Shown here: positions 46,535 through 59,698 of the stretch, piece after piece | Position numbering within the stretch: position 1 is the first letter of the stretch | How the letters are laid out: each line of letters opens with the position of its first letter | Assembly: GCF_030028105.1 (NCBI RefSeq) | Contig: NC_092370.1 | Coordinates: forward strand, 52,853,894 to 52,917,893 | Origin: Mobula birostris | Taxonomy: Eukaryota | DNA length: 64,000 nucleotides | Reading direction: 5' to 3' | The notes under the pieces: model-generated | What the model saw: the letters and a program-made list of their open reading frames with translations, nothing else | Database searches by the model: none | What the model was told of the DNA's origin: nothing | Translations under genes and position numbers: made by a program

Positions 46535-49219
46535 TCTTGGCACCTGTACAATAGAATCTTGCTTGAAGCAGGTGGGTACCACACAATGTGGGAGTGAGAA
46601 GTTGACAGTATCCGTGAATATCTAGAGACGGGCGGACTTGAGGTTGGTGCCGCCGCCTGGTGCATTGTAGGAGACAGCTCGAAAGCAGCAAGCTGGCTGC
46701 TGGTTGTGTGCCCAGAGACCCGAGTTCTTTGGGCACAGAGCTCAGAAGAAGCGATGCAACAGACTTTTAACACCATAAATTGACGAGTTGTTTGTTATGT
46801 CTCCCCTCTCGCTGTGAAACAGGGACATCTCTTAGGGAGAGAGAGCCTGTGGTATGTCGAATACCGGGTGGACGAGTAGTCCTTGGGCACTGCAAGTCTG
46901 TTCCTTTATCGATGCTTTGCTACATGCTTGAGCGCTTGGTGGGGCCGCTGTTGTTTTTTTGCTGGTGGGGGAGGTGGGGTTGTTGCTTTGCTGCTGCTTA
47001 TGCGTGGGGGGAGCTGGGGGGGCTTAGGGGTTCTAACATTTAACTGTCATTCATTCTTCGGGGCACTGCTCTGTTTTTGTGGATGATTGCAAAGAAAAAG
47101 TATATTGTATCCATTTCTCTGACATTAAATGCACCTATTGAAACCTAGTGAACACACCAGCCAATTGGTCGGCACAGGTCTTCAGTACTCAGCTAGGTAC
47201 TCCGTCCTGACCAGATGCTTTCCTTAAATTCACTCTCTTGAAGTTAGTCCTTACGTCATCTACAGATACTGAGTCTAAAGGATCATTATAATGGTTGCTC
47301 CCTGTTCTGGTGGTCAACGCGAGCATAGAAGGTATTGAGCTCACCTGGAAGCGAAGCTGTGCTGTCCCTTATGTCACAAGATTTAACTTTGTAGGAGGTT
47401 ATGGCATTCAAACCCTGCCACAGCTGTCGAGCATCCCTCGTTGATTCAAGTCTAACCTGGAATCTCCACTTCACTCGAGAGTTGTTTTCCTGGTGATCAT
47501 ACCTGCACTTCTTGTAACATTCTTGATCTCCTGACTTCTGTGCTTCTGATCTGGCTCTCAGAGGTTCTGGATTTCATTGTTCATTCAGGGCTTCTAACTG
47601 GGGAAAACTCTGAACAATTTTGTGGGGACGCAGTCACCCACAGCTGCTTTAATAAAGTCTGTAACACCCCTGATGTCGTCATTCAGGTACTCAGATGACT
47701 TCTTGAACACGGCCCAGTCCACTGACTCAAGGTAATCCTGTTACCATTCCTCAGCCTCCTGCGATCACCTTTGATCTCTGGAGTTTGCTCTTTAGGCTCT
47801 GTCTAACTAGTAGGAGTACAGCTAAGTGATTCAGCTTGCCAAAATGGAAGGAACGAGAGGTATTCTTTCTCATAGTATAGCAGTGAACTAGTGTTCTAGG
47901 ACTGCTGGTGCAACAGGTTACGTGCTGGTGATAATCGAGCAGGGTTTTCTTCAGACAGGCCTGGTTAAAGTCACTGACTATAATTTGAAATGCGTCGGGA
48001 TGGGCTGTTTCTTGTTTACAGACAGCATCGTAGAGTTTCGTCAGTGCTTGTTTGTAATTGGCCACAGGTGGTATGTAAACTGCGGTCAAGATCACAGATG
48101 AGAATTCTCGAGGAAAGTAGAATGGTCTACATTTAATTGTTAGTTGTTCTATGTCAGGAGAACAAGAAGTTGGCATAACTCCAGTGTCCTTTCATTAACG
48201 AGCATTGACTAAAAAATAATACATCGCCACCTTTTCCTTACCAGAATTCGAGGTTCGATCCATTCTGAAAATCATAAAGCCTTTTGGTCGGATAGCTACA
48301 TCTGGCGTGTTCGCTGTTAATCAAGTCTCAGTGCAACAAACAATTGAGATCTGCCTCAGATACAGCAACCTTGCCCTGAGGTCATCTATCTTATTTTCAG
48401 GTGATTGTACGTTCTAAGAAGCTGCTCAGTTGAGGAGGGCTCATCCCTGTACTTCAGCCTGCTTTGAATCCCACCTCTCCTTTTGTGTTTTCGGCCTAGC
48501 TGCTCTGTGCTTAAGCTTTGAATGTGAGACCTGAAGATCATTGATGTAGTTTCCTACTTGCCCATTCACTTATTACTTTTGTTATAGGAAGAGAGCTCCA
48601 CTCACTCACATTAATCTGGAAAACAAGTTTTGGTTCACCTGCTTTAATTGGACAACGGCACAGCTACACCTAATCTAGATTCTTCCACATGTGGAAACAT
48701 CCTCTCCACATCTGATGTACATAGTATCAAATTTATAAGATAATTTCATTCTGATACAGTTAACATTGAAGTGATATTAAATTTGTAATGAACTAATAAG
48801 ACAGGGGTCTTGGCACTTACTGTAAGTGTTAGGCAATTAAGCTAAGCAGATTTTCATTAAGAATAGAACAAAATATTTTTCACAAGAAGAATGGCAAATT
48901 CTTATGTCATGTTTAAAAATTTGATTACCAATATAATAAAGATTTTATCTCTTTTCATACACTGAAGTATACTTTGTACATAAAAATATCTTTGTTATTA
49001 ATTCATATGCCTTGTAAGGAGAATGTGGAATGGTAAAATCAGCACAGGATTGGTGTGTAACAATGTTTTTAGCTTTATTCTTCTATGCAAGCAGGTCTAT
49101 GGATTTCTACATCTGCTTTCTGTTGGGCAATCTTGATTTTGTCTCTGCTAACATAGTTAGGTGCCAAATGGGAGCTTTATTCATAGTGAAATTAAAAGGT
49201 GTGTTGTCCTTTGGCTGCT

Positions 49220-49785
49220 TTTGTGCTCTTGTAAAACTTTGAGTGGGCTGCATTTCGAGTATTGTGTGCAATTTTGGTCACCCCAGTCCATCTTTGGACA
49301 GAGTGCAGCACAGGTTTTCCGAGATGCTGCAAGAGTCAGGGGGTGTGAGCTACAAGGAAAGGTTGGACAGACTTGGGTTGTTTTCTCTGGAGTATTGGAA
49401 GTCAAGTGGAGATCTGCAAAAAGTTGAAAAATTATGTGAGACATAGATAGAGGAGACAGTCAGAATCTTTTTTCCCCCAAGGTAGAAATGACAAGTATTT
49501 GTGGCAAGCATTTGAGGTGGGGGAGGGTCGTTTGGGGAGATTAAAGCAAGCATGAAGTACAAGGCTTTTTTTCACACAATGAGTGGTAGATGCATGGACC
49601 AGTGTACCATAGGTAGTGATGGAAACAGCTATGAAAGAGGCATTTGAGAACCTGTTAGATACACACATGAATATGCAGAAAATGGAGAGATATGGATCAT
49701 ATGCAGGTAGAAGAGATGTGGTTTAATTCAGCATCATGTTTGGCCAGACATCTAAGGCTGAAGTTTCCATGTTGTACAGTTCTAT
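49220..49785 (+). mobile_element. CR1 3' fragment
   Basis: EYCVQFWSP, SYKERLDRLGLFSLE. Confidence 0.75.
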
Positions 49786-50184
49786 ATGGACCTGAAAGTA
49801 GATGATGCATGATTTTTGAGGCTAGATTGTAAGATTTAATAAAGATTTCAAGGGGAGAGAAAATCTGGAAATAAAATGTATTGTAATTGAAACATTTTCA
49901 ATTTTGAAAATAAAGAATTACAAAAATAATTTATAGTCTCCTGTGATTTTTGAAGTTTGGCAATCTTCTTTATTTGATCTTAGATCAGCTTATTCACGAT
50001 TCCACATCATCCCAATTGTGGCCAATGGGCAATTTCATTCTCTCATACTAGTTATCTTTTTTTTCTTGTAGTACTTTGGCACCTAGACCATTGATGCACT
50101 AGCTGCTATACAACTCAAGGGAACAGCAAACCCACTCGTGTTCCTACCAAAGATTCTCAAAGAATCAATCTTTACTCTTCTGGT

Positions 50185-51348
50185 CGCAAACAACAGGAAT
50201 TCTGCAGATGCTGGAAATTCAAGCAACTCACATCAAAGTTGCGGTGAACGCAGCAGGCCAGGCAGCATCTCTAGGAAGAAGTACAGTCGACATTTCAGGC
50301 CGAGACCCTTCGTCAGGACTAACTGAAGGAAGAGTTAGTAAGAGATTTGAAAGTGGGAGGGGGAGTTGGAGGGGGAGATCAAAAATGATAGGAGAAGACA
50401 GTAGGGGGAGGGATGGAGCCAAGAGCTGGACAGGTGATTGGCAAAGGGAATATGAGAGGATCATGGAACAGGAGGTCCGGGGAGAAAGACAAGGAGGGGG
50501 GGAAACCCAGAGGATGGGCAAGGGGTATATTCAGAGGGACAGAGGGAAAAAAAGGAGAATGAGAGAAAGAATGTGTGTATAAAAATAAATAACGGATGAG
50601 GTACAGAGGGGAGGTGGGGCATTAGCAGAAGTGAGAGAAGTCAATGTTCATGCTATCAGGTTGGAGGCTACCCAGACGGAATTATAAGGAGTTGTGCTGG
50701 GGTGATATACTGCGTCTGGTGCTCCCGATGTGACCTTCTATATATTGGCGAGACCCGACGCACACTGGGAGACCGCTTTGCTGAACACCTATGCTCTGTC
50801 CACCAGAGAAAGCAGGATCTCCCAGTGGCCACACATTTTAATTCCACATCCTGTTCCCATTTTGACATGTCTATCCACGGCCTCCTCTACTGTAAAAATG
50901 AAATCACACTTAGGTTGGAGGAACAACACCTTATATTCCGTCTGGGTAGCCTTCAACTTGATGGCATGAATATTGACTTCTCTAACTTCTGCTAATGCCC
51001 CACTTCCCCCTCGTACCCCATCCGCTATTTACTTATATACACACATTCTTTCTCTCACTCTCCTTTTTCTCCCTCTGTCCCTCTGACTATACCCTTTGCC
51101 CATCCTCTGGGTTTCCCCCCCCCCACCTTACCTTTCACCCTGGGCCTCCTGTCCCATGATCCTCTCGTATCCCCTTTTGCCAATCACCTGTCCAGCTCTT
51201 GGCTCCATCCCTCCCCCTCCTGTCTTCTCCTATCATTTTGGATCTCCCCCTCCCCCCCCCCCACTTTCAAATCTCTTACTAACTTTTCCTTCAGTTAGTC
51301 CTGATGAAGGGTCTCGGCCTGAAACGTCGACTGTACCTCTTCCTAGAG
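50185..51348 (+). mobile_element. 5'-truncated Penelope element (GIY-YIG C-terminus) with inverted pseudo-LTR
   Basis: IYCVWCSRCDLLYIGETRRTLGDRFAEH..PVATHFN..EEQHLIFRLGSLQLDGMN; inverted arms 50269-50689 and 50929-51348; 14-bp TSD TTTACTCTTCTGGT. Confidence 0.92.
51297..51332 (+). ncRNA. Minimal type I hammerhead ribozyme motif
   Basis: AGTC-CTGATGA-AGG(GTCTCGG)CCT-GAAA-CGTC-GACT: intact core, stem I AGTC/GACT, stem II AGG/CCT, palindromic ACGT stem III, GUC cleavage triplet ending at 51328. Confidence 0.75.
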
Positions 51349-53498
51349 TTTACTCTTCTGGTGTACTGTTAGCCCTTAAAATTTATGGGCCTGAGAACAT
51401 CTGATGCAGAGTTACATTTTGATTGAGTTTTATCCAAATCATGCGCAGTATCTCCCTCTGCAGCCTCCTGCTGGTCTAATCTCATTGAAGAAAAGGCAAA
51501 GTGATCAACTCCAGAATTCTCCATTCTCAGGCCTGACCACAGCATGATGTTTCAATATGAAATGGACTTCATGCCAAAAATGTAATTGGCCACATGTGTG
51601 TCTCAGCCACAAATTTGCTCTTCACCTCATGCACGATCCTTCAGGGTTTTATTTTCCTTAGCCTAAATTGTATATCACAAATTACTGTCTTTTTCTCTTT
51701 ATCTCAATCTTTGATCTTTCCATTATTCTTGACTATTGAATTATCCTTGTCTGCCAAAATGGTCGACAATGTTTTACTCTCTTTCTTGTGCACTTCAGTC
51801 ACTTCAGAACTGCCTGAAGTAATTGTCACTACAAAAAAAACTTAAATCCTCCAAATTTTAAAATATTATCTCATTTTTTGTCCAGATACTTCAATGATAT
51901 GATTTTCATCTTTACAAATATGGCTTGTTTGAATTTTACTGGTCTACCTTTCACTACTTTTGCAAAACAGTACTGTCATGATGATTGCAGGGATTCCAAG
52001 AGTTGAGATACACATGTACTTGGGGGGACAGGGGTTGATTAGGAATAAGCAGTATGGCTTCAAGCAATCATGGCTCAAGAATTTAATTGATTCCCTTAAA
52101 GAATTAGCCAAGATGTTTAATGAGGGCAGGGCAGTAGACGTAATATTTCAGTAAAACCTTTGATAATAAGACGGTAAGACATAGGAGCGGAATTAGGCTG
52201 ATTTATTAGCCCTCAGCACCGTTCTCCTGACTTCTCCCTGTAACCTTACAGAGCCTTACTAATCAAGAACCTATCAATCTCCACTTTAAATATACCCAAT
52301 GACTCAGTTGCCGCAGCTGTCTGTGGCAACAAATTCCACAGATTCACCACCGTCTGGCCAGTTTCTCTTCATCTATATTCTAAAGGGGCGTCCTTGTATT
52401 TTGAGGTCGTGCTTGCTGATCCTGTAGGAAACATCCTCTCCATGTCAGTTCTATCTCTGTTTTTCAATATTTAATAGATTTCAATGAGATTCTCACTCAT
52501 GCTCCAAAACTCCAGCAAGTACAGCCCAGAGCCATCAAACGCTCTTCATACATTAACCCTTTCATTCCTGGGGTCAACTTACTTTTCCTCACATACTCCA
52601 CAGCTTCCCTTTATCTCCGCACTAAAGGGTAATTTGTAGTAACCATTTGGCCACCAGCTCATCTTTGTAAGAGGAAATTGGAGCACCCCTCAAAAGCCAA
52701 TGAGATTGTGCGAGAATATGTGAATTCCCCAGAATCAGCCCTCATGCACAGATTGTACGATGTCGTAGGTTGCTATAGAAAATTAGATCGCGTGGGATCC
52801 AGGGAGACCAAGTTACTTGTGCATGCAATTGGCTTGACGAGAGTAGAGAATGAAGATGAAAAAATAACTTTTTAGACAGGAGGCTCATGTTTGTGGTGTA
52901 CTTCAGGTACTGTTGCAAGGCCCATAGTAATTTGTCATCAATATCAACAATGTAGGTGAAGCCACAAAAACACGATTAGTAAGCGTATAGATGCCACTAA
53001 AAATAGATCTGTTAGGAGACAATGAAGAAGATTATAAAGAATTATATTGGTAATTAGCTGGGTACCTGGATTGAGGAATGACAGATGAAGTTCAGTTCAG
53101 ATGAGTGTGAGCTATTTGCATTTTAGGAAGACTGATCAGGGTGGGACTTTCACAATAAATGGTAGGCGTTTGGGATCGTTGTTGAAGGGAGGGACCTAGG
53201 AGTATAAATATATGGTTCTGTGAAAGTGTGTCACAGTTACCCCGGGTAGTGGTGAAGCATTTTGGCTTGCTGGCTTTCATCAGTCGGGGCATTCGGATCT
53301 GAGGGCTCAATTTTGCTTTGGAATGCTGTTGTTCGCTTCCAGTGTTTGCATGATTTGTATTTTCTTTCGTTCTCTTGCTGTGCTGGTCTTTTTATTTTTT
53401 TTTTCTTTAATTGGGTTCTTTCGGATTTCTTGCATTGTGGCTACCTGTGAGCAAGCAAATCTCAAGGTTGCATCATTTATACATTCTTTGACAATAAA

Positions 53499-54460
53499 TA
53501 GTCATAGTCATACTTTATTGATCCCAAGGGAAATTGGTTTTCATTACAGTTGCACCATAAATAATTAAATAGTAATAAAACCATATAGTTAAATAGTAAT
53601 ATGTAAATATGTCAATAAATTATGAAATAAGTCCAGGACCAGCCTTTTGGCTCAGGGTGTCTGACCCTCCAAGGGAGGAGTTGTAAGTTTGATGGCCACA
53701 GGCAGGAATGACTTCCTATGATGCTCTGTGTTGCATCTCGGTGGAATGAGTCTCTGGCTGAATGTACTCCTGTGCCCACCCAGTACATTATGTAGTGGAT
53801 GGGAGACATTGTCCAAGATGGCATGCAACTTGGACAGCATCCTCTTTTCAGACACCACCGTCAGTGAGTCCAGTTCCATCCCCACAACATCACTGGCCTT
53901 ATGAATGAGTTTGTTACACGTGAAACTTGAGTATAGAAGTTGGGATGTTATGTTGCACTTGTACAAGAAATTGGTGAGGCAACATTTGGATTCCAGGATT
54001 GAATGGCTTGTCATATGAAGATTGTTTGACTGCTCTGGGCCTGTATTCACCAGAATTCAGAAGAGTGAGGGGTGATCTCATTGAGACCTATTGAATGGTG
54101 AAAGGCCTTGATAGAATGGATGTGGAAAGGATGCTTCCTCTGGTGGGAGAGTCTAAGTCCCTAGGGGACAGCCTCGGAATAGAGGGGCATACTCTTACAA
54201 TGGAGATAAGGAGGAATTTCTTTAGCCAGAGAGTGGTGAATATGTGGAATTCTTTGCCAAAGGCAGCTGTGTCTTTATGTATATTTAAGGCAGAGGTTGA
54301 TAGGTACTTGATTGGTCAGGGCGTGAAGGGATATGGGGTAAAGGCAGGAGATTTGGGCTGAGAGGAAAATTGGGTCAGCTGTGATGAAATGAAAGGGTGG
54401 AGCAGATTTGATGGGCCAAATGGCCTCATTCTGCTCCTATATCTTATCACATTATGGTCT
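53499..54460. mobile_element. Rex1 3' end (minus, to ~53915) abutting a CR1 3' end (plus)
   Basis: ILDNVSHPLH..RCNTEHHRKSFLP; GLDRMDVERML..NFFSQRVVNMWNSLP. Confidence 0.75.
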
Positions 54461-54467
54461 AATAGTA

Positions 54468-55301
54468 CAGTGGTCCCCAACCACTGGGCCACAAAGCATG
54501 TGCTACTGGGCTGCGAGGAAACAATATGATTTGGCGATATGAAACAATATGAGTCAGCTGCACCTTTCCTCATGCCCTGTCATGCCCACTATTGAATTTG
54601 AACGCACGTGAGGTCATTACGCACGCGTCATCCATGTTAGCGCGGGAGGAAGATCAACTCCTCGAGCTTGCAGATGACGGTGGGCTGAAAAGTATGTTTG
54701 ACATAACATTTCTGCTGGCATTCTGGATCAAAGTCAAGGCTGAATATCCTGAGATAGCCACGAAAACACTGAAAACGTTGCTTCCATTTCCAACATATCT
54801 GCGAAGCGGAGTTTTCTGTAATAAATGCAACAAAAACTAAATTGCGGAATAGACTGGACATAAGGTGCCCCCTTCGACTATCGCTGTCTCCCATCACCCC
54901 TCAATGGGACCGTCTTGTTGCAGGGAAACAAGCCCAGGGCTCCCACTGATTCAGCGATATTGGTGTGTAGCAATGATTTTATATGTTCATACAGGGAAAA
55001 TATGCGCTGTGTGTTTAATATCCAAATGTTACTTAAAATGTTATGATGCTATTGACTTAACACTATATTCATGCGAGGAAAATATGTGCTGTGTTTAATA
55101 TTAAATTCATTAGATAAACCCTTTTAGAAACAAGATTGAGTGTATTAGCCACTTATAAGTGACTCATAGTTGACTTATCACCTATATTCCGGTTGTGATT
55201 AATACCAACTCCCGCCCCCCCCCCGCCACCGGTCGGCCGGTCCGCAAGAATATTGTCAATATTAAACCGGTCTGCGGTGCAAAAAGGGTTGGGGACCGCT
55301 G
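54468..55301 (+). mobile_element. Non-autonomous hAT (Charlie-like) DNA transposon
   Basis: TIR CAGTGGTCCCCAACC / GGTTGGGGACCGCTG; 8-bp TSD TAATAGTA/TAATAGCA; dimerization-domain fragment AFWIKVKAEYPEIATKTLKTLLPFPTYL. Confidence 0.9.
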
Positions 55302-55729
55302 TAATAGCACAATCAGTGATGGTTACCCTGCTACAGGGAAGATACCATGATTCGTATTGGTGTTGGTTTATTATTTATACCAAGGTACAGTGAAAAATTT
55401 GTCTTGCATCCTGTTCATACGGAACAAATCCATATCACACAATACTTTGAAGTAAAACAAGATTAAAGTGTAAAAGCTTCAGAGAAAGTGCAGTGCTGGT
55501 AAACAATAAAGCGCAAGAAAAGATTTACACGGATATTGCCTGTATTGAGGGACTGAGTAATGGAGAGAGGTTGATCAGGCTTGGACTTTATTCATTTGGA
55601 CCACAGGAGAATGGAGTGTTGATCTATAGAGGTGTCTAAAATAATGAGGAAGTGTAGCGGTGTGCTACACACAGCGCTAGAATAACCACATGGAGTCAGC
55701 GAGTTAGAGTCACGATGAAAGAGATTTAT

Positions 55730-58700
55730 TCAAACTTCGCGGCCTGCTTTAAAGCCTTCCCGTTCCCGCCCTCCTCGGGCAGGACTGCTGTGGGGAATGC
55801 ATATTCCCAGACCCTTTCCGCGCGCAGGATTTTCCCCCCGCTGGTGAAGATGGCCTGGCGCCCTTTCTGGGGCCGGTCCTCTGCCTGCACGCGCTGTTGT
55901 GAGCCGGTTCATGTGTGCCAGAAAGTGGGTCGTCACATAACCCCCCCCCACCCCAGAACCGGCGATACCTCCCCCAATGTCCACAGTCTGGATTGGCTTC
56001 TGTTTGGGAGGTCTGCCCCTGCGCCGCGGTGCCTGAGCCTGGACCGGCTGTGCCAAATCCACATGGGCCGGTTTGAGTCGGTCCACCATGAAAACCTCCT
56101 CTCTCCCCCCCAACGTCCAGCACGAACGTGGACCCGTTGTTCCTGATCACCTTAAACGGCCCCTCGTAGGGCCGCTGTAGCGGTGCCCGGTGTCCGCCCC
56201 GTCGTACAAAAAGAAACTTACAGTTCTGCAGGTCTTTGGGTACGCAGGTCAGGCTCTGTCCGTGCTGTGAAGTGGGGAGGGGGGCCAGGTTACCGAGCTT
56301 CTCCCATAGTCTGTCCAGGACTGCTGTGGGTTCTTCCTCTTGCCCCCTTGAGGCTGGTATGAACTCTCCTGGGACTACCAGGCATGCGCCGTACTCCAGC
56401 TCAGCCGACGAGGTGTGCAGATCCTCCTTGGGTGCCGTGCGGATTCCGAGCAGGACCCAGGGAAGCTCGTTCACCCAGTTAGGTCCCACCAGGCGGGCCA
56501 TGAGAGCCGATTTCAGGTGACGCTGGAAGCGTTCCACTAGTCCGTTCGACTGTAGGTGGTAGGCAGTTGTGTGGTGTAGCTGCCATCCTAAAAGGTTGGC
56601 CATAGCCGACCACAGGCTGGAGGTGAACTGGGCGCCCCTGTCGGAGGTAATGTGGGCCGGTACCCCGAAGCGGGCTACCCACGTTGCGATCAGTGCTCGG
56701 ACGCAGGATTCGGAGGTGGTGTCGGTGAGCGGGACTGCCTCTGGCCATCTGGTGAACCGGTCTATCATAGTTAGGAGGTACCGCACTCCTTGTGACACTG
56801 GCAGGGGCCCCACGATATCCACATGGATGTGGTCGAATCTCCGGCGGGTGGGTTCGAACCGCTGCGGCGGAGCCTTGGTATGCCGCTGCACCTTGGCCAT
56901 TTGGCACTGCATGCACGTTTTGGCCCATTCACTGACCTGTTTACGCAGCCCATGCCACACGAACTTGTCGGCAACCAGCAGGGCGGTTGTCCTGATGGAG
57001 GGGTGCGCTAAGTTGTGAATGGACTCGAAAACCCGCCGGCGCCAGGCTGCCGGGACGACGGAGCAGGGTTGGCTGGTAGCTACGTCACAGAGTAGGGTCC
57101 TCTCACCTGGGCCTACGGGGAGGTCTTGGAGCTGCAAACCGGAGACTGCAGTCCTGTAACTGGGGATCTCAGCATCTGCCTGCTGTGCCTCTGCCAGCGC
57201 TGCATAGTCCACCCCCTGGGACAGGGCCTGTATGGTAGGTCTGGATAGTGCGTCCGCCATGACGTTGTCCTTTCCAGAGACATGCCGGATGTCCGTCGTG
57301 TACTCAGAGATGTAGGACAGATGTCGCTGCTGGCGGGACGACCAGGGGTCGGACACCTTCATGAACGCAAAGGTAAGCGGTTTGTGGTCTGTGAACGCGG
57401 TGAGGGGCCTACCTTCTAAGAAGTACCTGAAATGCCGGATTGCCAGGTATAGCGCCAATAGCTCCCGGTCGAAAGCACTGTATTTGAATTCAGGTGGTCG
57501 TAGGTGTTTGCTGAAGAATGCCAGGGGTTGCCAGCGACCCTCGATGAGTTGTTCCAGCACTCCACCGACCGCTGTGTTGGATGCGTCCACCGTGAGGGCA
57601 GTAGGAACGTCCGTTCTGGGGTGCACTAGCATCGCAGCGTTTGCCAAGGCTTCTTTGGTTTTAACGAAAGCGGTTGCAGCCTCTTCGTCCCAGGTAATGT
57701 CCTTGCCCTTACCCGACATTAGAGTGAACAGAGGGCGCATGGTTCGGGCTGCTGAGGGGAGGAAACGGTGGTAGAAATTCACCATACCCACGAATTCCTG
57801 CAGGCCTTTGATTGTGTTGGGTCAGGGGAAGTTGCAGACCGCGTCTACCTTGGCGGGCAGCAGGGTTGCCCCGTCTTTAGTAATCCTGTGGCCCAGGAAG
57901 TGGATGGTGTCGAGACCGAACTGGCATTTGGCTGGGTTGATTGTAAGGCCAAATTCGCTCAGGCAGGAGTAGAGCTGGCAGAGGTGGGACAGATGCTCCT
58001 GCCGACTACTGCTTGCTAGGAGGATGTCATCCAAAAAGATGAATGCAAAGTCCAGGTCGCGTCCCACCACGTCCATTAGCCGCTGGAAAGTCTGTGCGGC
58101 ATTCTTTAAACCAAACGGCACTCGGAGGAATTCGAAAAGTCCGAATGGGGTGATAAGTGCTGTTTTGGGGATGTCGTCCGGATGTACAGGGATTTGATGA
58201 TATCCCCGGACGAGGTCTACCTTGGAAAAGATCCTAGGTTTGCTGTGAAGTCTTGAATGTGCGGCACAGGGTAGCAGTCTGGCGTTGTAGCCTCGTTCAG
58301 TCTGCGGTAGTCACCACATGGTCTCCAGCCCCCCCGTTACCTTGGGCACCATGTGCAAGGGGGAGGCCCATGGGCTGTCGGACCGTCGTATGATCCCCAA
58401 TTCCTCCATCTTCTTGAACTCCTCCTTCGCCAGTCAGAGCTTGTCCGTGGGAAGCCTTCGAGCACGAGCGTGGAGGGGTGGTCCCTGGGTCGGGATGTGG
58501 TGCTGTACTCCGTGTCTGGGCATGGCTGCCGTGAACTGCGGTGTCAGTACTGATGGGAAATCCGCCAGGACCCTGGTGAATTCGTCGTCGGACAGCATGT
58601 TGGAGTCCAGGTGTGGGGCTGGCAACTGTGCTTCAGCCAGGGAGAACGTCTGAAAAGTCTTGGCGTGGACTAATCGCTTCCCTTGCAGGTCGACCAGCAG

Positions 58701-59021
58701 GCTGTGGGCTCATAGAAAATCCGCCCCCAGGAGTGGTTGGGCCACGGTGGCCAGTGTGAAGTCCCACGTGAACCGGCTGGAGCTGAACTGTAGCCGCACC
58801 GTGTGGGTGCCGTATGTTCATATTATGCTGCCATTTGTGGCCCTCAGGGTGGGTCCCGGTTCTCTGTTGCGGGTATCATAACTCGTTGGAGGTAAGACGT
58901 TGATCTCCGCTCTGGTGTCGACCAAAAAGCGGCGTCCCGACTGCTTGTCCCAGACGTACAGGAGGCTGTCCTGATGGCCAGCCGCCGTAGCCATCAGCGG
59001 TGGCTGGCCCTGGTGTTTCCC
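55730..59021 (-). pseudogene. Gypsy Pol (PR-RT-RNase H-IN), disrupted
   Basis: FLVDTRAE (PR, G>R), PFGLKNA, FLDD, TVDAS, HNLAH..CMQC, IHVDIVG/ITSDRG/GLVER, PYEGPF; several frameshifts and stops. Confidence 0.9.
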
Positions 59022-59698
59022 GGGAATTTGCAGGGTGGTCTGCAGCAGCGGGCCTCTGTGCCCCACCGCTGGTGGTAGAAACACCATTGTTCGTTGGGCT
59101 CCTCACTCCCGTCGCCGGGTTTTGTAGGCTCTGCTCCCGGGCCTGGTCTGGTCTGTCGTTGGGCACGCGGCTTGGTGATCTGTGCGATGGGCGCCCCTCT
59201 CTCTTTCCTGGCATTCCACAGCACATCTGCTTGGGCCGCCACCTCCCGGGGGTTGCTGAAATCTGCGTCGGACAGCAGCAGGCATATGTCCTCGGGCAGT
59301 TGCTCTAGGAACGCCTGCTCAAACATGAGGCAGGGTTTGTGTCCTTCAGCCAGGGCCAGCATCTCGTTCATTAATGCTGACGGCGGCCTGTCTCCCAAAC
59401 CATCCAGGTGCATTAAGCGGCGTGCTCGTTCGCGCCGTGAGAGTCCGAAAGTCCTTATGAGCAGGGCTTTGAATGCTGTGTATTTGCCGTCCTCCGGGGG
59501 CGACTCTATAAACTCCTCAGCTTGTGCAGTTGTCTCCTGGTCGAGTGAGCTCATCACGTAGTAGTAACGAGTGGAATCCGAGGTTATCTGCCGAATGTGG
59601 AATTGTGCTTCTGCTTGTTCGAACCATAATTGGGGTCGCAGCGTCCAGAAGCGTGGCAGTTTTAACGAAACTGCATGAACAGATGCGGCGTCGGTCAT
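58994..59698 (-). CDS. Gypsy Gag, open frame of 234 aa
   Basis: MTDAASVHAVSLKLPRFW..WFEQAEAQF...CFYHQRWGTEARCCRPPC (CHCC motif). Confidence 0.85.
   Translation of the reverse strand: MTDAASVHAVSLKLPRFWTLRPQLWFEQAEAQFHIRQITSDSTRYYYVMSSLDQETTAQAEEFIESPPEDGKYTAFKALLIRTFGLSRRERARRLMHLDGLGDRPPSALMNEMLALAEGHKPCLMFEQAFLEQLPEDICLLLSDADFSNPREVAAQADVLWNARKERGAPIAQITKPRAQRQTRPGPGAEPTKPGDGSEEPNEQWCFYHQRWGTEARCCRPPCKFPGNTRASHR

Larger units (their letters stand above)
45240..48420 (-). mobile_element. Rex1/Babar LINE (endonuclease to 3' end), deleted and interrupted
   Basis: IKCRPFYFPREFSSVILTAVYIPP endonuclease, ARQLWQGL, KFDDDTAVVG RT; nested SINE at 46291 and another insert at ~46590-47145. Confidence 0.85.

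Noticed and set aside
55749-57791. 680-aa ORF as an intact or domesticated gene
   Set aside because: It is part of a Gypsy pol with upstream frameshifts, a mutated protease motif and a frameshifted C-terminus.
58965-59008. Canonical H-type pseudoknot after the slippery site
   Set aside because: There is no linker between stem 1 and the second pairing strand, so both full stems cannot form together; reported as alternative hairpins.
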